NCBI GenBank assembly: GCA_964537315.1
Contig: CAZIAP010000004.1
Coordinates: 14,509-78,508, forward strand
Source: an uncultured Gammaproteobacteria bacterium
GTDB taxonomy: Bacteria; Patescibacteriota; Microgenomatia; Levybacterales; GWA1-39-11
Direction: 5' to 3'
Length of the DNA stretch: 64,000 nucleotides
Part shown: positions 1-8,364 of the stretch, in pieces
How the letters are laid out: every line of letters begins with the position of its first letter
Position numbering within the stretch: position 1 is the stretch's first letter
Made by a program: the position numbers and the translations under genes
The notes under the pieces: generated by a model
The model's database searches: none
What the model was told of the DNA's origin: nothing
The model's input: the letters and a program-made list of their open reading frames with translations, nothing else

Positions 1-422
1 TCTTTGGTAGGAATTGAAAACATATCAGGAATTTTTATCGAATGTGGATCAAGTAACAATACACGGTCTACCCCAACGGACTCTATCATGGAAATAACTA
101 CCTTTAAGGGAACAGCTTCACCTGATCGAAATATATGATCTGCCCTCTGATACGCAAGATAGGGAATGATTGCTGTGACCTTGCCTGCTCCACTGCGTTT
201 TAGAGCGTCAACAAGGAATAAAAACTCTGTGAGATTTGCGTCTACAGGATTTGCAAACGACTTGAGGATAATAATTTCCTGATCCACTAATTCTTCATGG
301 ATTCTCACCCTTTTCTCGCCGTCAGGAAATATATGAACATCAGGATATTGAACACCTACGCCAAGTTCGGATGATAACAGTTCTGAAAGTGGTTTGTTCG
401 AGAGATCACCGTAGAAAAACAT
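1..422 (-). CDS. prs: ribose-phosphate pyrophosphokinase (PRPP synthetase), truncated by window edge (C-terminus missing)
   Basis: Manual translation of minus strand from ATG at 420-422: MFFYGDLSNKPLSELLSSELGVGVQYPDVHIFPDGEKRVRIHEELVDQEIIILKSFANPVDANLTEFLFLVDALKRSGAGKVTAIIPYLAYQRADHIFRSGEAVPLK...; HIFPDGE, DAL...A and IPY.AY.R.D motifs typical of Prs. Confidence 0.8.
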   Translation of the reverse strand, partial: MFFYGDLSNKPLSELLSSELGVGVQYPDVHIFPDGEKRVRIHEELVDQEIIILKSFANPVDANLTEFLFLVDALKRSGAGKVTAIIPYLAYQRADHIFRSGEAVPLKVVISMIESVGVDRVLLLDPHSIKIPDMFSIPTK

Positions 423-532
423 ATATAATCTAGGTACTCTTATTACCTAATTAACATAATAATATACAATTCATACGCTTGGCGTTTTGTCTTTTGGTCA
501 TTTTCCAGAAATTAGGAATTAGAAATTCAGAG

Positions 533-814
533 TTACTTTCCTCCCAGTAAACCTCCTAGTCCTCCTCCCATTTCTTGCATTTTTTGCGCGGCTTTTTTCT
601 GTACTTTTCCTAGTGCTTCGTTCAGAGCGTCTTTTACATCGTTCATTTCTTCACCGTTAATTTTAAGTTCCTTTACCTTCATATCTCCGGTCATGACAAT
701 ATATGCTCTTCCACGTTCTTCAGTAACCTCGAGTTTTTTAAGTTCGTTTTGTAGTTTCTGCGCCTCTTGTCTTAATTTATTTAAATCGCCTAATCCTTTT
801 AATGGATTAATCAT
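533..814 (-). CDS. ybaB: nucleoid-associated protein YbaB/EbfC
   Basis: 96-aa ORF with YbaB family features (coiled N-terminus, MTGDMKV..., Gly-rich C-terminus); conserved dnaX-ybaB synteny; GGGGGTGA Shine-Dalgarno 7 nt before internal ATG at 814, so start trimmed from GTG at 823. Confidence 0.85.
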   Translation of the reverse strand: MINPLKGLGDLNKLRQEAQKLQNELKKLEVTEERGRAYIVMTGDMKVKELKINGEEMNDVKDALNEALGKVQKKAAQKMQEMGGGLGGLLGGK

Positions 815-907
815 AAAAATCACCCCCCTTCGCTAAAGCTTCGGAGGGCAAGCCCCCCAAATCTTAAATCTTTTATCATTATACCTATTCTGAGATCCAT
901 TACAACC

Positions 908-2323
908 TCAGCTATTAATTACAACTTCAATCGTAATAGGTTTTTTCAAAATATCAGAAGCACACTTCTCAATAAGCTTTTTTGCTTTCGGATCAGATAA
1001 ACGCTCACCATGAAACTTGAATTTAGAACTAACTGTCATAACTCCCTTTTTAACCCCCACAACAGTACAACCACGTAAAATACCAGCAAGTGAATGATTT
1101 TCAACCTTCACCGCATCAATTAATTTACCTATTATTTTTCTTCCGTCTGCATGATACTCGCTCTGCACTGGCTCTGTCACCGGTTGTGCTGTAATCTCTG
1201 TCTCTTTTTCAATTGAAACTACTGCTTTCAAATTGTTTACTGAAGTTTCTGACTCACCAGATGAAAGGTAATCTAAGACTGCTATTTCCAGAGGTAACTG
1301 AGGGAGTACTGAAAATCTAAGCTGACCATATGAAATGTTTATTAACTCCAACAACCTCTTAATTTGTGATATGGATATATCTAGGACCTCGGTTCCCTCT
1401 TTCAAGTTTGACTTTATTAAGAGTTGATCATGCAATAAATCCACTAGTTTCTCGTGTACGATTTTAAAATCTACTCCACTCTCGGCAATATTTTGGATAA
1501 CTTTCAGAGCAGAAGAAGCATCAGGTGCGTATATGCTTTCAAGCAATAAGTTCACATGTTTTTCAGTGCTGCTTGTTTTAAACACTTTCTCTAATGTGTC
1601 TGCTGTTATTTTTTTCTTTTCTGCCTGAAATGCAAGTTCTTCAAGTGTTTTTGCCGCATTTCTGAATGCACCGTCAGATAAACTATAAATCTGTTCCAAA
1701 ACAGTATCCTCAATGACTAACTTTTCCCCATCTATAATTCTTTTAAGAGATCTTGTAATTTCTTCTTTTGTTGGTTTTTCGAAACGTACATGAAATGTTC
1801 GGGAGGTTATAGTTGGCGGAATTTTCCATTCTTCCGTAGTGCAGAGAATAAAAACAACGTGACTTGGAGGCTCCTCTAAAGTTTTTAGTAAGGCATTAAA
1901 TGCTTCCGTTGTAAGCATATGCACCTCATCAATTATATAGATCTTCTGAGTTAGCTGTGCTGGGGCAAACTTAATTCTTTCACGTAGGTCTCGTATTTCG
2001 TCAATACCTCTATTGGATGCAGCATCAATTTCAAGCACGTCTACATGAGAACCTTTTGTAATGGATACACAAATGTCACACTCGTTACAAGGCTCTATAC
2101 TAGTATTCTTCTCACCTTCTTTTTTTCCTTTTGTCTTGCTATTGCAGTTTATCGCTTTTGCGAGTATTCTTGCGGATGATGTTTTACCTAATCCTTTAGG
2201 TCCAGTAAATAAAAATGCGTGTGGAATCTCTTGTGACTCGAGCAAACGAGTAAATTTATCTCTAACGATAGTAAGATCGAGTTCAGCAATTTTTTGTGGA
2301 CGGTATTTTCGATAAAAAACCAT
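908..2323 (-). CDS. dnaX: DNA polymerase III subunit gamma/tau
   Basis: Walker A GPKGLGKTS, clamp-loader motifs, Cys-rich zinc module CNECDIC, AAA+ lid; 471 aa. Confidence 0.9.
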   Translation of the reverse strand: MVFYRKYRPQKIAELDLTIVRDKFTRLLESQEIPHAFLFTGPKGLGKTSSARILAKAINCNSKTKGKKEGEKNTSIEPCNECDICVSITKGSHVDVLEIDAASNRGIDEIRDLRERIKFAPAQLTQKIYIIDEVHMLTTEAFNALLKTLEEPPSHVVFILCTTEEWKIPPTITSRTFHVRFEKPTKEEITRSLKRIIDGEKLVIEDTVLEQIYSLSDGAFRNAAKTLEELAFQAEKKKITADTLEKVFKTSSTEKHVNLLLESIYAPDASSALKVIQNIAESGVDFKIVHEKLVDLLHDQLLIKSNLKEGTEVLDISISQIKRLLELINISYGQLRFSVLPQLPLEIAVLDYLSSGESETSVNNLKAVVSIEKETEITAQPVTEPVQSEYHADGRKIIGKLIDAVKVENHSLAGILRGCTVVGVKKGVMTVSSKFKFHGERLSDPKAKKLIEKCASDILKKPITIEVVINS

Positions 2324-2417
2324 ATTGCGCTATGCTTCAAATACTAAGTACTAATATCTAATTAATACAAAATATTTGTGTAGTATTCTAAATCCTATGT
2401 TCTAAACTCTAAAAATT

Positions 2418-2449
2418 TAGAAATTAGAAATTAGAAATTAGAAATTTAG
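2418..2449. repeat. tandem heptamer repeat (TAGAAAT)x4.5 in the ybeY-dnaX intergenic spacer
   Basis: Direct reading: ttagaaattagaaattagaaattagaaatttag; related AGAAATTAG motifs recur in other spacers (513-535, 4468-4510, 6378-6420, 43420-43540). Confidence 0.7.
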
Positions 2450-2457
2450 CGCTTGTG

Positions 2458-2865
2458 CTAATGGTGTTCTCCAAGTAAATGAAGCAATCCATGCTCTACA
2501 AGTTCTGAGATTTTTCTATCAACCAACATATTATCACGCGCTGCATCTTCGACCGCAATTGGGTAACAAACAATTACGTCACCTAATACCAAGAGATCAC
2601 TGGGCATTACAGTTGCTTCTCCTTCTATCTGGGAAAATGATAAAACATTGGTAGCTTTATCCATATTGCGATACTTATTATTCAGCTCTCGCATTTTTCG
2701 ACTACCTACGATGGCAATTGAAACCTCAGTATCGCCTTTGATTCCTTTTTCTCTCAAGACATGATCAACCGTCTGCTTTATTCGCTTGCGGTCAACTTTA
2801 TACCTGCTTTCAATGTAAATGGGGATAGAAAAATTTGCTTCTGCCATATCAAAACCTACTTGCAA
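2458..2865 (-). CDS. ybeY: rRNA maturation endoribonuclease YbeY (short form)
   Basis: C-terminal HGLLHLLGEHH metal-binding motif (H3xH5xH family); 135 aa, ends shortly after motif. Confidence 0.8.
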   Translation of the reverse strand: MQVGFDMAEANFSIPIYIESRYKVDRKRIKQTVDHVLREKGIKGDTEVSIAIVGSRKMRELNNKYRNMDKATNVLSFSQIEGEATVMPSDLLVLGDVIVCYPIAVEDAARDNMLVDRKISELVEHGLLHLLGEHH

Positions 2866-2955
2866 GATTGTACCACTGAGCGATAGCTATTGCAAAGGAG
2901 AGTTATGAAAAGCAAGGCAGAGATTTTAACTTGTCCCGCTTAGGCGGACAAGCAT

Positions 2956-3162
2956 TTATCCATTATACTGTTTTGCAAATTTTCGAGTTAATTCTTTTTT
3001 ATATTTTTTTGCAAGAGATGGCTTGAGATAAAACTCTCTTTTTTTCATTTCCTGAATAATTCCTTCACTCATCACCTTTCGTGAGAACTTACGAATCATT
3101 GCATCTGGTGATTCACCTGGACCTTTTTTTACATACACCATAAAAAACACCTCCTTTTTCAC
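2956..3162 (-). CDS. rpsU: 30S ribosomal protein S21
   Basis: 68-aa basic protein, MVYVKKGP.ESPD..IRKF.R motif typical of bS21. Confidence 0.9.
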   Translation of the reverse strand: MKKEVFFMVYVKKGPGESPDAMIRKFSRKVMSEGIIQEMKKREFYLKPSLAKKYKKELTRKFAKQYNG

Positions 3163-3264
3163 CTCGCCGAAGTTTTAAAACATAGGCGGGTTGCTAAAGG
3201 TTCAGAGGACAAGCCCCTTCACTTTAACATATTGGATATACCCTATATTATACTCCTTTTTTGA

Positions 3265-4449
3265 CTATTTTCCAATTTTAGTCTGCGTTTTTATACTAAA
3301 TTTGTTTATTTTATCAATTAACTCCAGATTTGATTTGTGATCAAAGGTTAAGTTTTTTTCAATTTTTTTCTTTGCATATCGTTCAAATCCCCATAGCCGT
3401 ATTAATCCTCCCTCATCAGGATCGAGGATATTCTCAGCTATGCGTGCGAGTAAGTATTTCGCCTCGTGAAATGAGTTTCCTGGTGATAGATATGCGTTGC
3501 CCCATTGCTCAAACTGTGCCTCGGTTACTTCGATTTGATAACCCATCTTTCTGGAATTTTTGATATTTGAACTAACTGTATTTCGCTGAAAAAAATTTGA
3601 GAAAGTAATGTAATCAACCGGACCAAGCTTTGGAAGTTTTATAAAATTTGGAAGGTTATAGTAGTAATTAATTCCGCAAATAAATGATTTGGCTGGAGCA
3701 ACTTTCTTTCTATCAAGCTCTTTAATTATTTTAACGATTTTAGAAGTATCTCTGGTTTCCGATGAGCTTAGTAAAATTTTTTTATCCGGAAACTTGGTAC
3801 TAATGACTTCAATAACTTTTTCTACATACTCCTCACTTAATCTCAGTTTTAGTTTTCCAAAAGGATTAAATGCCTCATTTTCTGGCTGAATAATTTGTAA
3901 GTAAGATAATTGTTTTTTTGGATAAGTGGATTTGATATCTTCCAATAAATAACTTAAATACTCAATTGATCTTTTTGAGATTTCCGAGTTTACACTTACT
4001 CTGCTTCCTGGTGTTATCAAAAATTTATTTATAAGTGGTAAAGGAATATACTCTTCAGGCCAGCCAAATGTTTTAATCGGTCCTACGTTTAGACATACAC
4101 TTACTTTGTTCGACAAACAATAATCAAGATATGGCTTGTAGTAAGAAAAATCTATCTCTCCATTTTTATTTACAGATTTATTCCACTTTATCCCTAACCT
4201 GATCTCTCTCATTCCGAACTCTTTTACTAATACTTCAAGTATTCTTAGTTTTTCTTCTACACTTGGAGAATACTTATTCTCTTTCTGATACAGTTGATCC
4301 ACAAGATCAGGGGAGTATGAACATCCTATTTCGATTTTTTTAAATTTATCTTTGTATTTTTCCCAGTATTTGTCTAATGACAAATCAGCATTTTGGTGTG
4401 TTCGGTACTGCCGGTAAAAATGAGTAAACCAATCATTAAAGTTTGCCAT
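3265..4449 (-). CDS. hypothetical protein, possible clan GH-A TIM-barrel glycoside hydrolase
   Basis: 394 aa; QPENEAF (NEP-like acid/base motif) and IEVTEAQ (TE nucleophile-like) spaced as in GH-A enzymes; no signal peptide. Confidence 0.4.
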   Translation of the reverse strand: MANFNDWFTHFYRQYRTHQNADLSLDKYWEKYKDKFKKIEIGCSYSPDLVDQLYQKENKYSPSVEEKLRILEVLVKEFGMREIRLGIKWNKSVNKNGEIDFSYYKPYLDYCLSNKVSVCLNVGPIKTFGWPEEYIPLPLINKFLITPGSRVSVNSEISKRSIEYLSYLLEDIKSTYPKKQLSYLQIIQPENEAFNPFGKLKLRLSEEYVEKVIEVISTKFPDKKILLSSSETRDTSKIVKIIKELDRKKVAPAKSFICGINYYYNLPNFIKLPKLGPVDYITFSNFFQRNTVSSNIKNSRKMGYQIEVTEAQFEQWGNAYLSPGNSFHEAKYLLARIAENILDPDEGGLIRLWGFERYAKKKIEKNLTFDHKSNLELIDKINKFSIKTQTKIGK

Positions 4450-4486
4450 TGTACAATTGTATCATTGGGAATAATTAGAAATTAGT

Positions 4487-4500
4487 CCGCCAGCTGGCGG
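4487..4500 (-). terminator. perfect palindrome CCGCCAGCTGGCGG between hydrolase-like and HIT genes, possible terminator/operator
   Basis: 14-bp perfect palindrome flanked by AGAAATTAG-type motifs; followed on minus strand by T-rich actaatttctaatt. Confidence 0.3.
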
Positions 4501-4511
4501 ATTAGGAATTA

Positions 4512-4844
4512 TTACGCTGCTGGCTTGCTTGCAGGTCCTAGTAGATGAAAATGAAGATGGTCAACTAATTGTGCTCCTCCGCCGTTTACTTCTATTCTAT
4601 ATCCCTGAGTATCCAGGTTATTTTCGGCAATTAATTTTTGTAATGCTTTTCTCACACTCGGCAAAACATTATCATTTTCCAATACATAAAATTCTTTTAC
4701 ATGTTCTTTGGGAATCACTAATAAATGTACGGGTTTCTGAGGGTTGATGTCTTTAAATGCTACTACATGCTCATCTTCATACGCAAACTCGGTACCCATC
4801 TCTCCGCTAGCAATTTTACAAAAAATGCAATCCATACTACGCAT
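4512..4844 (-). CDS. HIT family (histidine triad) hydrolase
   Basis: DCIFCKI N-terminus and HxHxHxx motif DHLHFHLLG. Confidence 0.88.
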   Translation of the reverse strand: MRSMDCIFCKIASGEMGTEFAYEDEHVVAFKDINPQKPVHLLVIPKEHVKEFYVLENDNVLPSVRKALQKLIAENNLDTQGYRIEVNGGGAQLVDHLHFHLLGPASKPAA

Positions 4845-4893
4845 ACACTATCAAATCTTGTTTTTTATTGCAAGAAAGAATAAACTATATGAT

Positions 4894-5907
4894 ATGACGG
4901 AGCATGAAAGCCAATCATCACTCTCTCCAAATGATCACCCAGATATTGAAATTCGAATGGGTACGGATCGTAATGAGACTACAGGAATAGAAAATTATGA
5001 GCTAACTACATCGGGTTTTCTTTTTAACCCTAAAGAAGCATTTTCAATAGCTCATGAACTCAATAAAGATCTTAAAGAAAATGAACGGATAACGCTCGAG
5101 ATATACCCGACTCTTGACCGTGGTATTCTTGGCACAGTTCGCGGAATAGGAGAGAGATTTGGTTATCAACTTCCAATTCCACCAACAGTTGATGAAGATG
5201 CAGTAAGGTCGTGGCAGAAAGAATTCCCACTAGCACAGGTCTCTCGAGTACACCTCCCTTTTAGTTATAACAAGCATGAGCTTCTCACACGGCCTATTGA
5301 TGAAAAAGGTCTTGGAAGAAAAGTACGCTCAATGCCGTGGATTGTGTATTTTGGTGCAGCAACTAATAAAAAAGGTATTGAGCTTGCCCAAGCACTGGAC
5401 GCCGATATTACTGCTCACACTAATGTTGTTGAGGGATTTGCCCAAGACGGAAAACTGGATGAACTAACAGTTCCTGGATTACATGTCCTAGCTGAAAATG
5501 AAATGGAATATGATTCTCCCATTTTGAAAGATAAAAGGGCTATATCTGACCCCATATATATCGCTGAAAATATAGTAGAAAAATATAATCTTGATGGATT
5601 ACTTCTCGGACTTGATCATGCACTTGAACAAGGAGTAGACATACATAAAGTATTAGATACTCCTTCAATACACAAGCATACCCGTGCAATACATCTTGCT
5701 GATGTAAATCATGGAGCAGTCATCACAGGTAATGAACAAATTGAAAAGCTAATCCAACACATAGGTAGAACAACATTTGATCATCCCGTACGCGCAGCAT
5801 TGGACTTAAACCCTCTCGAGTTAGGTAAACTCACAGAACGGGAAAGATTTCAATTAATAAAAAGCACTATCGATTGGATAAAAGATAATCAATATACTTC
5901 TGCGTAA
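4894..5907 (+). CDS. hypothetical protein (338 aa); start moved to ATG at 4894 to avoid overlap with HIT gene
   Basis: Long ORF; 5' part of ORF-track call (4744) overlaps convergent HIT gene; in-frame ATG MTEHESQ at 4894; no recognisable motifs. Confidence 0.5.
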   Translation: MTEHESQSSLSPNDHPDIEIRMGTDRNETTGIENYELTTSGFLFNPKEAFSIAHELNKDLKENERITLEIYPTLDRGILGTVRGIGERFGYQLPIPPTVDEDAVRSWQKEFPLAQVSRVHLPFSYNKHELLTRPIDEKGLGRKVRSMPWIVYFGAATNKKGIELAQALDADITAHTNVVEGFAQDGKLDELTVPGLHVLAENEMEYDSPILKDKRAISDPIYIAENIVEKYNLDGLLLGLDHALEQGVDIHKVLDTPSIHKHTRAIHLADVNHGAVITGNEQIEKLIQHIGRTTFDHPVRAALDLNPLELGKLTERERFQLIKSTIDWIKDNQYTSA

Positions 5908-6011
5908 TACCTCCTCTCTTACTAAGTAAGCATTTACTAATGTGTGTTATAAGATTGCAAAGTAACTTGATAAACTCTAAACTCTAAATACTAATACCTA
6001 AATAATTTTAA

Positions 6012-6362
6012 ATGTTCCAATCTCAAAATACAAAACAATATAATTTGGAGGAGAGAACGTATAGCTTTGCTAAGAACGTGCAGAGATTTGTGAAGGTATT
6101 GCCTAAGACTGTTGCGACTATTGAAGATAGTAAACAGCTCATTCGCTCTTCTGGCTCTATCGCTGCGAACTACATTGAAGCAAATGAAGCGCTTAGCAAA
6201 AAAGACTTCTTAATGAGAGTTAAGATATGTCGCAAAGAAGCTAAGGAAACAAGATTGTGGTTAAATCTTATTGAGGGAGATCATAAGGAAAAAGAAATAC
6301 TTCTCAAAGAGGTGAATGAGTTAATGAAAATATTCGGTTCTATTGTCACAAAATCTGAATAA
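6012..6362 (+). CDS. four-helix-bundle protein (23S rRNA intervening-sequence protein / Avd-like family)
   Basis: 116 aa, pattern RSS.SI.ANI.EG......K.F......KEA.ET..WL characteristic of TIGR02436-type four-helix bundle proteins. Confidence 0.7.
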   Translation: MFQSQNTKQYNLEERTYSFAKNVQRFVKVLPKTVATIEDSKQLIRSSGSIAANYIEANEALSKKDFLMRVKICRKEAKETRLWLNLIEGDHKEKEILLKEVNELMKIFGSIVTKSE

Positions 6363-6424
6363 TTTGATAATTGGAGTTTTGATATTGTTTAGAATTTAGA
6401 GATTTGATATTAGAATTTATTAGT

Positions 6425-7525
6425 TTATCTTCCTATCTTAAACTCTACTACATCTCCATCTTGCATTATATAATCCCGACCTTCGTTACGTGCTTTACCA
6501 TTCTCTCTTGCGCCTTTCCAACCGTTGTACTCTACAAAATCGTCAAAAGATACTACTTCTGCTTTAATAAATTTCTGCATAAAGTCAGTGTGGATTTCAC
6601 CTGCTGCCTCTACTGCATTTGCACCAACTTTTGTAGTCCAAGCACGGACTTCTTTTTCACCTGCTGTAAGGAACGAAACTAACCCAAGGTTTTCATATGC
6701 TTTTTGGATAAGGCGCTCAAGTCCTGACTTCTCTACTCCTAATTCATTAAGATATTCTTTTGCTTCTTCCTCTCCGAGCTCTGCCAGTTCTGACTCGATT
6801 TTTGCAGAGATTACAACAAATTTTTCTTTTGGCATTTGCATGAGATTTGCATATTGATCAATTATGCCTGGAATTTCAGCTTCAGTATATTGGTTTTCAG
6901 AGACATTGAGCACGATGATTTCATTTTTTCCGGATAATAAATTCAATTCTTTGATAGACTCTTGTTCTTCATCTGTAAGCTGCACTTCAAACGCATTTTT
7001 CCCTGCAGATAATTCTTTGGTCAGCTTCTCAACAGCTGATTTTTTGGTAGCGTCAGTACGAAGTGCTTTTTCATTTATATTTGTCAATGTCTGTAAATCT
7101 GCAAGAAGTAGCTCGTAGCGGATTGTTTCGTAGTCACTTTTCGGGTCTACTGCTCCTTCTTTTATAACATCACTATCTTCAAATACTCTGACTACGTGTG
7201 CAATAATTTTTACTTCTCGGATATTTGCCAGAAATTTATTCCCAAGTCCTGCCCCTTCACTTGCACCTTTTACCAGTCCAGCGATATCTACAAACTCGAC
7301 AAGCGCCTGTTTAATTGGTGGTAAATCACTCATACCCTCTTCTGCCTTGGTAATCTCAGCAAGAGTATTGAGTCTCTCATCCGGTACAGGTACAACACCA
7401 ACATTTGGTTCAATCGTTGCAAACGGATAATTAGCCGCTAAAGCAGCTTGTTTTTTTAATAACGCATTAAAAAGAGTCGATTTCCCAACATTTGGGAGAC
7501 CGACTATTCCTACTGATAAATTCAT
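6425..7525 (-). CDS. ychF: ribosome-binding ATPase YchF
   Basis: GIVGLPNVGKSTLFNAL P-loop, TGS-domain C-terminus, 366 aa. Confidence 0.92.
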   Translation of the reverse strand: MNLSVGIVGLPNVGKSTLFNALLKKQAALAANYPFATIEPNVGVVPVPDERLNTLAEITKAEEGMSDLPPIKQALVEFVDIAGLVKGASEGAGLGNKFLANIREVKIIAHVVRVFEDSDVIKEGAVDPKSDYETIRYELLLADLQTLTNINEKALRTDATKKSAVEKLTKELSAGKNAFEVQLTDEEQESIKELNLLSGKNEIIVLNVSENQYTEAEIPGIIDQYANLMQMPKEKFVVISAKIESELAELGEEEAKEYLNELGVEKSGLERLIQKAYENLGLVSFLTAGEKEVRAWTTKVGANAVEAAGEIHTDFMQKFIKAEVVSFDDFVEYNGWKGARENGKARNEGRDYIMQDGDVVEFKIGR

Positions 7526-7798
7526 ACCTTAGAGATTATAACAAAATAAAATGTATTTAACTTCCTCAAGGAAAAGTGGTAATTCTTAAAATTATATATA
7601 TTCAATTATTTAAAATGGTTACTTAGTCAGATTCATTTCTAAACTTTCAGCGATGCTTCTGACGGTTGAGATACTTACCTCATCCGTGTATTTATTCATA
7701 GTGAAGATGTTATTTTGAAACTAAACAGAAAAAATCTGGGAAAGTGTCGATATAAGATTATCTGAGTAATAGAATTATATTTAAATGATTTAGATATT

Positions 7799-7829
7799 GA
7801 TAAAACCACAGGTAAAGAGATTCTTTACC
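7799..7829 (-). terminator. rho-independent terminator downstream of KGG stress gene
   Basis: Hairpin GGTAAAGA-GAT-TCTTTACC (7811-7829), followed on minus strand by GGTTTTAT. Confidence 0.45.
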
Positions 7830-7870
7830 TGCTTGGATAACTTGCCGATTGGCTACTATTAGTATGCAGC

Positions 7871-8101
7871 CTATTCTTCTTCATCATCCTTTCCCCACCG
7901 TGCCGCTGCTCCTTTTCTACCGAGTTCTCCGCTCCGTACATCAGGATCGTTTGACCGGGCTTCTCCACCTTTCTGGCCAGCCATTTTTGCTCGAGGGTCA
8001 CCAGGCTTAAATTTGGTAGGACTGCTTTCGCCACCTTTTTCGGCAACTCTTTCTCGCGTTTCTTCGTCAGCACTTGCTAATCCGCGCTTGTCATCAGTCA
8101 T
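7871..8101 (-). CDS. KGG-repeat general stress protein (YciG-like)
   Basis: Repeated KGG / GGE..S motifs, Gly/Arg/acidic-rich 76 aa; GGAGGTG SD 7 nt upstream of ATG at 8101 (ORF-track start 8128 trimmed); alternative-frame ORF 7825..8073 judged spurious. Confidence 0.6.
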   Translation of the reverse strand: MTDDKRGLASADEETRERVAEKGGESSPTKFKPGDPRAKMAGQKGGEARSNDPDVRSGELGRKGAAARWGKDDEEE

Positions 8102-8364
8102 ATATTTCACCTCCTTCTTCATAACCATTACGTATTTTACCCGTACTCCTCATAGGCTCATGAACGAGTGAGTTGCTTTCTTGATCCATAGGAGTTCGTC
8201 TCTCATACATATGCATAGCAAAGCCAAAAATTTTTCGTGGACCTGTAAAGATTACTATTTTCATATATCAAATCGTACATCAGGGATATATGTATTGAAC
8301 TATGTATCCGCATGAGTGTCGTAAGGAAACGGAGAGATGTTAGATTACTCACACATTAGTTAGT

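Noticed and set aside
2061-2315. 84-aa plus-strand ORF inside dnaX
   Set aside because: Antisense to a well-supported conserved gene; no start context.
2324-2457. SRP RNA (ffs) expected upstream of dnaX by conserved synteny in many bacteria
   Set aside because: The 134-nt spacer is almost pure AT with the heptamer repeat and lacks the conserved GGAAGCAGCCAAGG domain IV motif.
7825-8073. 82-aa ORF overlapping the KGG stress protein gene in another frame
   Set aside because: Completely nested in the same strand as 7871..8101, which has the KGG family motifs and a GGAGGTG RBS; the alternative frame has none and its 3' end (7825-7829) overlaps the downstream terminator hairpin (7811-7829).
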